The translations under genes were made by a program, and so were the position numbers. Under the pieces are notes generated by a model. The model was not told where the DNA came from. It worked only from the letters and a program-made list of their open reading frames with translations, and did no database searches. From a virus: a DNA stretch of 64,000 nucleotides. The stretch lies in IMG/VR virus record IMGVR_UViG_3300025018_000105. One strand, given 5' to 3'. Below are positions 18,323 to 29,302 of this stretch, in pieces (within the stretch, counting starts at the first letter, position 1; each line of letters opens with the position of its first letter).

Positions 18323-20089
18323 ATGCCAGTCTCCCCGAACGAGGTCGCTATTGACCTCGGGCGCGACGCCCTGCTGTCCGCTCACGCCATTGAAACCCTC
18401 CGAGATCGTTACCTCGTGGAGGGAGAGACCAGCCCCCAGCAAGCATTCGCACGAGCCGCTGCTGCCTTCGCAGACGACGCGGCACACGCGCAGCGTCTTT
18501 ACGACTATGCGAGCAAAGGCTGGTTCATGTTCGCCACACCGCTGCTTTCGAATGGCGGAACATCGCGCGGGCTGCCGATTTCCTGCTATCTCAATTACAT
18601 GGCCGACAGCCGCGCAGGTATCAACCAACACTACGAAGAGACCTCTTGGCTCTCCAGCCTTGGTGGTGGCGTTGGTGGCTATATCGGTGCCCGAGGACCA
18701 GAAGCCACGTCGCGTGGCTCGGCGTCCAGTGGTGCCATCCCGTTCATCGCTGTTCTCGATCGCATGATGCTCGCCTTCTCGCAGGGTAAGACGCGTCGTG
18801 GTTCCTATGCGGCCTACCTCGACATCTCGCACCCTGAGATCGATGAGTTCCTTGAAATCCGCAAGCCGTCGGGAGGGGATGCAAACCGCAAGGCGCTCAA
18901 CCTCCACCACGCCGTGGTTATCACCGACGAGTTCATGCACGCCTGCATCAACGACGAGGATTGGGAACTCAAGAGTCCAAAGACCGGACACGTCAAGAAG
19001 GTCGTCAGCGCTCGTGGTCTTATGCGTAAGATCGTCGAAACGCGTCACCAGACCGGCGAGCCCTTCATTCTGTTTAAGGATACAGCCCAACGGGCCCTGC
19101 CGGAGCCGTTGAAGGCCAAGGGCCTTACGATCAATCAGTCCAACCTCTGCACCGAAATTATGCTGCCCACGTCGGCTGATCGCACTGCCGTGTGTTGCCT
19201 GTCAAGCACCAACCTCACCAAGTTCGATGAGTGGAAGGACGATCCTCTGTTCATCGAAGACCTCATGCGGATGCTCGACAACACGCTTGACGACTTCATC
19301 GCAAAGGCTCCTCCTGAGCTTTGGCGTGCCGTCAACTCAGCGCGAAATGAGCGCTCGGTCGGATTGGGGGCGATGGGTCTACAAACCTACCTGCAAGACA
19401 AGATGCTTGTCTGGGGCGGTGACACAGCGCGTGCCTACAACGTGATGATCTTTGAGCACCTACAAGCCAAGACCGTCGAAGCCTCACTTAAGCTAGGACG
19501 TGAGCGTGGGGAAGCGCCGGACATGGAAGGAACAGGGCACCGCTTCTCGCACCGCATGGCCGTTGCTCCGAACGCTTCGTCGTCAATCTTCGTGCCAGAC
19601 GGTCCTATCTCGCCGTCAATCGAACAGTTTCCCGAAAACATCTTTATCCACAAAACACTTTCGGGATCACACAAGGTTTACAACCCGGCGCTCAAAAATC
19701 TGCTGGCCAGCAAGGGCAAGGACGAGTCGAAAGTCTGGAAGTCGATCCTCGCCAACGACGGATCGGTGCAGCATCTCGACTTTCTTTCGGATCACGAAAA
19801 GCGTGTCTTCCTCACGGCTTTCGAGACAGACCAGCGCCTCACCATCCAGATGGCAAACGATCGCGCTGGCTTCGTGGATCAGGGGGTTAGCCTGAACCTG
19901 TCGTTCCCGGCCTACGTCGATGCTGATTACCTTCTCGAATGTCACTTCATGGCGTGGGCTGGTGGCACCAAAAGCCTCTACTACGTCCGTTCGAAGACGT
20001 TGAAGAAGGCAGAGAACATGAACACCAAAGTGGCACAGATGGAACTCATTGCGCCCGAACCAGAGGAGTGCCTTGCCTGTGAAGGATGA
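18323..20089 (+). CDS. nrdA: ribonucleotide reductase class Ia alpha subunit (no ATP cone)
   Basis: ATPLLSNGG, PISCYL, NLCTEI, VAPNASSS, KSLYYVRS, C-terminal CLACEG. Confidence 0.95.
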   Translation: MPVSPNEVAIDLGRDALLSAHAIETLRDRYLVEGETSPQQAFARAAAAFADDAAHAQRLYDYASKGWFMFATPLLSNGGTSRGLPISCYLNYMADSRAGINQHYEETSWLSSLGGGVGGYIGARGPEATSRGSASSGAIPFIAVLDRMMLAFSQGKTRRGSYAAYLDISHPEIDEFLEIRKPSGGDANRKALNLHHAVVITDEFMHACINDEDWELKSPKTGHVKKVVSARGLMRKIVETRHQTGEPFILFKDTAQRALPEPLKAKGLTINQSNLCTEIMLPTSADRTAVCCLSSTNLTKFDEWKDDPLFIEDLMRMLDNTLDDFIAKAPPELWRAVNSARNERSVGLGAMGLQTYLQDKMLVWGGDTARAYNVMIFEHLQAKTVEASLKLGRERGEAPDMEGTGHRFSHRMAVAPNASSSIFVPDGPISPSIEQFPENIFIHKTLSGSHKVYNPALKNLLASKGKDESKVWKSILANDGSVQHLDFLSDHEKRVFLTAFETDQRLTIQMANDRAGFVDQGVSLNLSFPAYVDADYLLECHFMAWAGGTKSLYYVRSKTLKKAENMNTKVAQMELIAPEPEECLACEG

Positions 20090-20501
20090 TCCAGATTTTC
20101 AGCCTGTTGTCGGTGACATCGTTGAATTAGCTCACGAAGAGGACTGCATTGTCCCGGCTGGAGAATACGAGGTGACGCAGGTCAACCCGGATGGCACTTT
20201 CCACGTCGGTGGAAACACGGCTGTTCACCCGCGTCGCGTCATGGCGCGTTGGCACGAACACCTAGCGGTTCGCCTGAGTGGTCGGGTCATAGGACTCGAA
20301 TACGAGTATGAGCTTGACCCGTCTCAATACGATGAAGGCGATCCCACTACTACCACCCGTCTCGTTTGGGGTCGGGTTATCGACGGCGGCTACGGCGACT
20401 GGGGTGAAGAAATCGTCTTCGTCGAAAACATCCACATCAAGGGCGAAATATGGGCTGCCGCCCCAGACGCCATTCACACAATTATGCCGGAGAACTATTG
20501 A
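20079..20501 (+). CDS. hypothetical protein inserted between nrdA and nrdB
   Basis: GAGGAG RBS and GTG start; overlaps both neighbours. Confidence 0.6.
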   Translation: MKDDPDFQPVVGDIVELAHEEDCIVPAGEYEVTQVNPDGTFHVGGNTAVHPRRVMARWHEHLAVRLSGRVIGLEYEYELDPSQYDEGDPTTTTRLVWGRVIDGGYGDWGEEIVFVENIHIKGEIWAAAPDAIHTIMPENY

Positions 20502-21532
20502 TGTCCCTTTTCGAAAAAGCAAAGGCTTACAAGCCATTTCAATACCCGTGGGCGTTCCAAGCCTACCAAACCATGCAGCAAATTCACTGGCTTCCGGAAG
20601 AGGTGCCATTCCAAGAGGACGTGCATGACTGGAACACAAAAATGACACCATCGGAGATCAATCTGCTGACGCAGCTTTTCCGCTTCTTCACCAAGGGTGA
20701 TGAAGACATCGGTCACGGCTACATCGACAAGTATCAGACCACGTTCAAGCCGACTGAGGTCCGCATGATGCTATCAGCCTTCACGACCTCGGAATGCAAC
20801 CACATCCACTCCTACTCGCAACTGATCGACACGCTGGGGCTGCCGGAGTCCGAATACGAAGCGTTCGCCGAGTTTGCCGAGATGCGTGACAAGCATGATT
20901 ATATGTTCGAAGATCGCACCAGCCACGCAGATGGTGTGCCGCGATCAGAACTGGAGAAGCTGGCACTCGATGTGGCCGTCTTCTCGGCATTCGGAGAAGG
21001 GATGCAACTCTTCTCCAGCTTTGCCGTGCTTCTGTCGTTCAAGCGTCGCGGCCTGATGAAGGGCATGTCCACGATCGTGGAATGGTCGCTGCGTGACGAG
21101 AGCCACCACGTGGAATGCATGATCAAGCTATTCCACACCATGATCAAGGAGAACCCGGAAGTCTGGACAAAGCGCCTAAAGGAAGACATCAAGCAGACCT
21201 GCATCGAAATGGTCGGCCTCGAAGATCGCTTCATCGATCTGATGTTCTCCATGGGTGAGATCGCAGGCATCACTCCCGAGGAGGTCAAGACCTACATCCG
21301 CTACACGGCGGATCGCCGCATGATCCAACTTGGGCTCAAGCCGATCTATGGCGTGAGCGACCACCCACTCGACTGGATCGACGAGATGATGACGGCCCAC
21401 ACGCACACCAACTTTTTCGAGGGCCGCGCTACCGAATACTCAAAGGGCGGTGTCAAGGGCTGGGGAGGAGGCGCTTGGGACTTCGCCAATAATCTGAAAC
21501 TGGCAGGGAACAATCCATGTCCGGTGTCGTAG
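20501..21532 (+). CDS. nrdB: ribonucleotide reductase class Ia beta subunit
   Basis: HWLPEEV, FFTKGD, ECNHIHSY (radical Tyr present), EGMQLFSSF, RDESHH, NFFEGRATEY. Confidence 0.95.
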   Translation: MSLFEKAKAYKPFQYPWAFQAYQTMQQIHWLPEEVPFQEDVHDWNTKMTPSEINLLTQLFRFFTKGDEDIGHGYIDKYQTTFKPTEVRMMLSAFTTSECNHIHSYSQLIDTLGLPESEYEAFAEFAEMRDKHDYMFEDRTSHADGVPRSELEKLALDVAVFSAFGEGMQLFSSFAVLLSFKRRGLMKGMSTIVEWSLRDESHHVECMIKLFHTMIKENPEVWTKRLKEDIKQTCIEMVGLEDRFIDLMFSMGEIAGITPEEVKTYIRYTADRRMIQLGLKPIYGVSDHPLDWIDEMMTAHTHTNFFEGRATEYSKGGVKGWGGGAWDFANNLKLAGNNPCPVS

Positions 21533-21783
21533 TCTACTCTAAGGCAGGGTGCCCGTTTTGCTCCTTGCTCAAAATGGAGATGAAAAAGCGTGGTATCGAG
21601 TTCGATGAAATCGATCTCAGCAACGATGCGAATCGGCAGGCTTTCTACGATCGAGTCGGTGTCAACACCGTGCCACAGGTTTTCCTCAGCGACGAAAACC
21701 ACTCGATCACGAATCCTTCGGGACAGCGCTTGGGCGGCTGGACGGAAGTCTCGACCAACTGGGAAGCCTTTGATACAGCGTAA
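21517..21783 (+). CDS. glutaredoxin
   Basis: CPFC active site and TVPQVF. Confidence 0.9.
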   Translation: MSGVVVYSKAGCPFCSLLKMEMKKRGIEFDEIDLSNDANRQAFYDRVGVNTVPQVFLSDENHSITNPSGQRLGGWTEVSTNWEAFDTA

Positions 21784-21852
21784 CTTTTCGCTAATTTACA
21801 ACAGAAGATGTCGCTAGGGTAGCGGTGAGGGTAACGTCTGGTTGCCCTCACC

Positions 21853-21892
21853 GCTATTTTTATTGACAAACCCACACATTGACCGGTATATG
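21853..21892 (+). promoter_or_regulatory. promoter of the XRE regulator gene
   Basis: cgctattttta-TTGACA...TATATG; variant of the shared upstream element. Confidence 0.5.
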
Positions 21893-21922
21893 GATTTACC
21901 GAAACCGTAAAGGAGTAAATAA

Positions 21923-22735
21923 ATGGGTGCTATCGAAACCACGAACAAGGGCCCGCTCCGCACCAGTGAAACTCGTAAGGAACGGGCCAAGGCCAAGACC
22001 AAGGCTTTGAAGCCCAAGAAAGTGACGCACAAGGGCAAGCCTCAGCTTGTCAAGACCGCATCGAAAACCGGGCAGATCGGCGGTATTGCCCGCCGCTCAG
22101 ACGTTGCTGGTTCGGATGCCAATCTGGACCTGAACACGTTCGGCGGCCGTCTGACCTACCTGCGTTTGAACCGCGATCTATCCCAGACAGAAGTGGCTCG
22201 TTGGATTGGCGCGACCCGTCAGTCCGTTCGCAACTACGAGTCCGGAATCAACTTCGCGCCGTATGACAAGATCGAGATCATGGCCAAGCGCTTCGGCGTC
22301 GCTGCGACCTATCTCGCATTCGGTGAGCACGCGGTCAAGGTGACCAAGCCCGATCTGGTCGTCACCGTCGATGAAGTCAGCCTGTCCAAGTCAGGTCGTC
22401 GAATCACCGGTGGCTTCGTGATCCCGCGTGCGCTGGCCGAAAGTTACGTCGAAGACATCCGCAATCTGCGTGTCTTTGTCATGAGCCACGACGCGGCATT
22501 GTTCAACCTCAAAGCCGAGGATCGCTTATTCCTCGACACTTCGGTTGACCGTATGTCGATCGAGCGTGACATCTATGCGATCGAGATCGGCGGCGAGCTT
22601 GACGTGGTGCGTTACGTGCCTTCGGCCGACAAGGAGAAGGTGACGTTCACCAATGCCCACAACCAGAAGCGCACCGTTCCGATCGGTGACATCAAGGTTC
22701 TGGGCGCGCTGGTCTCGGTTCTCTCACGCTACTGA
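21923..22735 (+). CDS. XRE-family HTH regulator with degenerate S24-like C-terminal domain and basic N-terminal arm
   Basis: FGGRLTYLRLNRDLSQTEVARWIGATRQSVRNYESG helix-turn-helix; S24-like beta domain. Confidence 0.8.
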   Translation: MGAIETTNKGPLRTSETRKERAKAKTKALKPKKVTHKGKPQLVKTASKTGQIGGIARRSDVAGSDANLDLNTFGGRLTYLRLNRDLSQTEVARWIGATRQSVRNYESGINFAPYDKIEIMAKRFGVAATYLAFGEHAVKVTKPDLVVTVDEVSLSKSGRRITGGFVIPRALAESYVEDIRNLRVFVMSHDAALFNLKAEDRLFLDTSVDRMSIERDIYAIEIGGELDVVRYVPSADKEKVTFTNAHNQKRTVPIGDIKVLGALVSVLSRY

Positions 22736-23350
22736 TCAAAAGCCCAAGCGTTCTCGACGAGCGCGCTTTGCATCCTCCATACATTTCGGCCATACGACCT
22801 CGACGATCTCAAGATTGGGATCGCCGAGGTTTTTGGCTGCTTGGATGTGGTATTCGGAATCCTCGAAATAGACGAACGGACGGTCAGGCCAATCGTTACG
22901 CAGGTGCTCGAACAGAATCGCTTTGCTCATGCGGCCGAGACAGAAAGTCTCCTGAGGGTATAGCTCCCACTGCTGGCAGAACTGGATCATGCGCTGAACA
23001 GCCCAGAAGCCGCTACGGGCCGTCACGATGAAATAAGGCTGCCGTGTGGTCGTCAGGTGTCGTGCGAACTTCACGGCCGCCAGATGCGGCTTGATAGGCT
23101 CCCCAAAGGCATTCGCCTGATAGATCAGGTGGCGCAGATACCGGGTCGAGTGGTAGAGCGACGCATCGATCCCGTTGAGCTTCCCGATCGCTTCGAGATG
23201 AGCGCGCTCCTTCCCACTCTCCGGCAGCCGATAGACCTTCTCCTCCTCCTGATCAGCAAGCACGCCATCGAAGTCGAAGAAGAAGATCGAGTCGGCCGCG
23301 TAGCCGTGGTGATAGAACGCCTCGTTGGCTGTTTGGATTAAATGTGACAT
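22736..23350 (-). CDS. HAD-superfamily phosphatase/nucleotidase
   Basis: FDFDGVL (motif I), IVTAR (II), K, YFEDS (IV). Confidence 0.75.
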   Translation of the reverse strand: MSHLIQTANEAFYHHGYAADSIFFFDFDGVLADQEEEKVYRLPESGKERAHLEAIGKLNGIDASLYHSTRYLRHLIYQANAFGEPIKPHLAAVKFARHLTTTRQPYFIVTARSGFWAVQRMIQFCQQWELYPQETFCLGRMSKAILFEHLRNDWPDRPFVYFEDSEYHIQAAKNLGDPNLEIVEVVWPKCMEDAKRARRERLGF

Positions 23351-23355
23351 GATTT

Positions 23356-25814
<2,459 letters not shown>

Positions 25815-25820
<6 letters not shown>

Positions 25821-26684
25821 GACGATCACTGCGTCGATGTTCTCACCCTCAAGCGTCTTGCGATATTGGCACCAGCCATGGAGATTCCCATGCAGCTTCG
25901 GGTTCATCCACATACCACGGTGGTTGACCTTGAAGTCCGGAGTGGCTTGGTGCTCGGCCGGGCTTGCGTGCTTGGGATCGGATTCGCCCAACATCGCGTG
26001 AAGTGCCAAGTCCTTCTCTGGATCAGTAGCCGACCCGTCGTGGTTATTATAGCTCACGCGGGCGCACCGCGCCGTCGAAATCTTCTTGCACATATCCACC
26101 CCGTGGGTCCCTAGGTCCTCCTCGGTAATGTAGGGCAGGTGCCACTGCCCGGCTTCCAGCTTCTTGGGCGTTGAGGCTTCGCGCGCTTCGGCGATCCTCT
26201 CGGCCAGCGCTGCGATCGTGGGATCGGCAGCGTGGTGGTTTCGCAGGCCATCCCAGTTTTCCCAGTAGACGCTGGTGAGGACGACCTTGATGTGGCTGAA
26301 CGGTTCGCAAATGCGATTGACGACCTGCTTGTGGATGCCCAGCGCATCCATTTCCTCAGCGTGTCGGATCGCATCTTCCATCGCGTTGAGCCAAACGGTT
26401 TGGGCTTGCAAGGCGACTTCTTCCGTGGCATGTTCGTAGCCCTGCATACCGGCTTGGTTCATTCGCCAAGACGCAGGCACGGCAGGGTTCTCCCGGATCA
26501 TACGGAGAGCACGCTTGGTCGGGATCGCTCGTGAACTCGATGCGTTGCGGCTGAAAACGCGGTGCGTCATCAGTTCGCTATGGATGAAGCGTGGGTAAAC
26601 AAGCTCCATCGTAGTCAATCGGACACCCTCAGGTGATACCGAGTCAGCGAGAATGGTTGCACTGATCAGTGGAGAAAGAATCAT
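25815..26684 (-). CDS. thyX: flavin-dependent thymidylate synthase ThyX-like
   Basis: HSELMTHRVFSRNASSSRAIP, HKQVVNR, STARCARVSY, HASPAEH. Confidence 0.8.
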
Positions 26685-27037
26685 TTTTGTCGGGCTTTCT
26701 CATTTGCTGCGTTGATTTCGGCAACGACTTCGTTAAAGGTTTCGAGCTTGATACGGGCGCGGTTGAGGCGTTGACGACAATCTTCACCCGCCTCGTCGAT
26801 CCCGGTCACCCGCTGAGCGACTTGTTCGTTGGTGGCATCAACCGGAAGCTGTCCGGTTGGTGCAGCCATACAGATAAGTTCATCCAGAGGAATCTGCGGT
26901 GTCAGAAACTCGATCCGGGCCGGTTCGGGCGCGTTCCTGCCGCAGGCGGTCAAGCTCATTGAGAGTATCGACAAGGATACGAGGGGCAGGAGCATCGCGC
27001 TCTTCAACCGGCGAAGTGTCGATCTTGTTTCGGACAT
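26681..27037 (-). CDS. o-spanin (Rz1-like lipoprotein)
   Basis: Lipobox LTAC, Pro-rich N-terminus, coiled coil; overlaps the i-spanin. Confidence 0.8.
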   Translation of the reverse strand: MSETRSTLRRLKSAMLLPLVSLSILSMSLTACGRNAPEPARIEFLTPQIPLDELICMAAPTGQLPVDATNEQVAQRVTGIDEAGEDCRQRLNRARIKLETFNEVVAEINAANEKARQK

Positions 27038-27341
27038 TGGTGAAATCCTTCGTGGTTTGCTCGCGGAGTTTGGTGAAATCTCGGTCGATTTTCTGGGTGC
27101 GCTCTTGGGCCGTTGTCTGCGCTTCGAGCGACTGAATAGTTGCTACCTGATCAGCCTGTTTGGTCGCCTGTTCTGTCGCTTGCTCGACAGCTTCCGCCTT
27201 GTCGTTCTTGAGATACCAACCAGTGCCCACCGCGATCGCAATGAACACCAGTGCGGCGTAGAACCACGGACTGGAGAACAGCTTACCGAAGAAGCTTTTG
27301 ACCTTGAGTAAGAAAGAAATTTCGGCGAGACCTAGTGCCAT
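26880..27341 (-). CDS. i-spanin (Rz-like)
   Basis: N-terminal TM segment, then coiled coil; immediately downstream of the endolysin. Confidence 0.8.
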   Translation of the reverse strand: MALGLAEISFLLKVKSFFGKLFSSPWFYAALVFIAIAVGTGWYLKNDKAEAVEQATEQATKQADQVATIQSLEAQTTAQERTQKIDRDFTKLREQTTKDFTNVRNKIDTSPVEERDAPAPRILVDTLNELDRLRQERARTGPDRVSDTADSSG

Positions 27342-27352
27342 GGTGCTTCTCC

Positions 27353-28195
27353 TTAGGCGAGGTATCCGTCCGCCAGCCAGCCTTCGAGGCCCGGTGCATA
27401 TTGCACGCGACTCCACTTGCCGGTGTCTTCCAGAATGATAACTTCCGATCCGCCCGAAAGCGTGGTCAAAATGCGGCCTCGAACACTGGGCTTATCACGC
27501 ACATTCAAACGGCCGACATTGACGGTCCGACGTTCGTTGGCGCGAGTAAGACCATCGGAACGATCGGTGTCCCGGCCGCCTTGATGATCGTAAAGAAGCA
27601 AGTCCTGAAACTCGCTCATCGGGAAAGCCGGACCCGGATCGCTTTTCCATCCACGAAGGTCCACATCTTGGTGTCCGGTTACTGCATCGATCGACGGATA
27701 GGCGTCGAGGATCGCATCCAGTGAGGCCAGCCCGGCATTGATCTGTGCATCGGTGTAGGCTGGCCACACGAAGGTCCCGGAACCCAGTCGGCTTTGTGGG
27801 CCACGATTGGTCAGTTCAAATTGCTCCAAGCGTCGATCGCTCAGCCGGGTGCCGTAAGCGTCCTCATAGCCGCCGTTGACCTCCTTGAAAAAGCCGGGAT
27901 TGACGAACTCAAAACCGATCGAAAAGTTGTTGACACCGCTTCGGCCCTTAAACGCCGAGCGTCCGGCGTGCCACGCGGCCCGGTTGAAGGGCACAAGCTG
28001 GGTGATCGAACCGTCTGTGTCGATCACAAGATGGGCCGAAACTTTCGATCGACTGCTGGTCAGCGTCGCAATCGCGCTTCGCGCTGTGTAACCTGCTGTA
28101 TAGTGCATAAGAGCCACGGTGGGAGTCATGAAACCAGAGCGGTTCGGTGATTCGACATAAGGGATGCCACGAAGGAGGTGATTTTGGACTTGCAT
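27353..28195 (-). CDS. endolysin: N-acetylmuramoyl-L-alanine amidase (Amidase_2) plus SH3b
   Basis: LMHYTA, SAHLVI, AWHAG, SIGFEFVN, GHQD..GWKSDPGP; LNVRDKPS...GWL SH3b. Confidence 0.9.
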   Translation of the reverse strand: MQVQNHLLRGIPYVESPNRSGFMTPTVALMHYTAGYTARSAIATLTSSRSKVSAHLVIDTDGSITQLVPFNRAAWHAGRSAFKGRSGVNNFSIGFEFVNPGFFKEVNGGYEDAYGTRLSDRRLEQFELTNRGPQSRLGSGTFVWPAYTDAQINAGLASLDAILDAYPSIDAVTGHQDVDLRGWKSDPGPAFPMSEFQDLLLYDHQGGRDTDRSDGLTRANERRTVNVGRLNVRDKPSVRGRILTTLSGGSEVIILEDTGKWSRVQYAPGLEGWLADGYLA

Positions 28196-28217
28196 GTCTA
28201 TCAATCCTTGTTTGCGT

Positions 28218-28236
28218 TGTCAACCAAAAATTGCGG
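28218..28236 (-). promoter_or_regulatory. lysis-cassette promoter with upstream CCGCAATTTTT
   Basis: Reverse complement reads ccgcaatttttggTTGACA. Confidence 0.55.
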
Positions 28237-28244
28237 TTGTCTGA

Positions 28245-29015
28245 TTACGAAATGTTGTATTTACTCAAAAGCTGCGTGCTGAGATCGACCATTTGGGATT
28301 CGGTCAGCCGTTGGAAATTTCGCCACGCGACAAACTCATAGAGGTGACCGCTAAAATGACGGTCAGCGGGCTCTGGCAGGGCAGTCGTCCGTAGGAACGG
28401 CGCACTTGCGCTTGCACTACTGGGTGGGTTTCTGGAGTCGGAGATGCTGAGACGAGCGCCGTTGAAATAGGCCGTGATCCGAGTATCAAACTCTTTGGTC
28501 ATCACGATAACGGTTGGACCAGAGATAGTGCCGAAGCGGAAGTCCTCTTTTTCCCAGTGTATCGCAGCCCCTTCAAAAGGGCGGAAGTAGAAGGTGGTCT
28601 TACTCCCATCGCCGAGTAGCCCGCAGAAGTGGGTGTCCGAAATATTATCGACCACCAGCGCAAAGGATGTCCACTCCTGCCAAGTCAGAGTCCCCAAGCC
28701 TTGCTTAATGGCTTGCAGATTTTCGAAATAAGTAGGCACAGCCCGAATGCCTTCGATATACGGTTTCCCGTTTAGCCCACCTGTGCGGAAGCGAGGGCGT
28801 AATGCTACATCACTTTGAACCGCATTTTCAGCTTCGTTACCTTGGTTCTGCCACCCTGCCACCGTGTCGTTGCTGTCAGCCAAGGTGCCGCCAATAGAGT
28901 CATTAAAGACACCAAAGTCCGCAGCAAAGTGAAAAGCCACGTCGCTTGCCTCGGGAATAATGATGTCCTGCTCCTGATAAATGACAGAGTAGTTGGCTAC
29001 AATACCGCTCAGCAC
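28245..29015 (-). CDS. LamG/ConA-like beta-sandwich tail accessory protein
   Basis: DTVAGWQNQG...AVQ...RP..RTGGLNGKP...FSGHLYEFVAW...LLSKY pattern; atypical codon usage. Confidence 0.65.
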   Translation of the reverse strand: MLSGIVANYSVIYQEQDIIIPEASDVAFHFAADFGVFNDSIGGTLADSNDTVAGWQNQGNEAENAVQSDVALRPRFRTGGLNGKPYIEGIRAVPTYFENLQAIKQGLGTLTWQEWTSFALVVDNISDTHFCGLLGDGSKTTFYFRPFEGAAIHWEKEDFRFGTISGPTVIVMTKEFDTRITAYFNGARLSISDSRNPPSSASASAPFLRTTALPEPADRHFSGHLYEFVAWRNFQRLTESQMVDLSTQLLSKYNIS

Positions 29016-29021
29016 TTCATT

Positions 29022-29288
29022 TTACCTTTCAAATAACGCAAACTTATCGGGCGTAAACTCTTCCGAATCGCTGACTGATAGTAAAGAAGGCGTGCCCTCG
29101 ACATCAACATCGGTGTCGTTGACAATACCCAGTGCCGTCATGTCGTGAGAGTAAAGCGAGTGGTCAGTGAAAACAGTGCTTCCATCAACACCTTCACCCT
29201 CCACCAACAGGACGACATCGTTGTAGAACGGGTCGGCTGTCAGTGGCACGTTGAGCGCCTGTTGAGATAATGTTCCGTATTTAAGCAT
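29022..29288 (-). pseudogene. truncated LamG-type tail protein (N-terminal remnant)
   Basis: DPFYNDVVLLVEGEGVDGSTVFTDHS is a typical LamG tail N-terminus, but the ORF ends after 88 aa. Confidence 0.5.
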
Positions 29289-29302
29289 TACGAAGTAGTT
29301 TG

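Noticed and set aside
21923-22735. Evidence for a temperate lifestyle from the CI-like gene
   Set aside because: No integrase, attachment site or divergent cro in the window, and the protease dyad looks absent; lifestyle cannot be concluded
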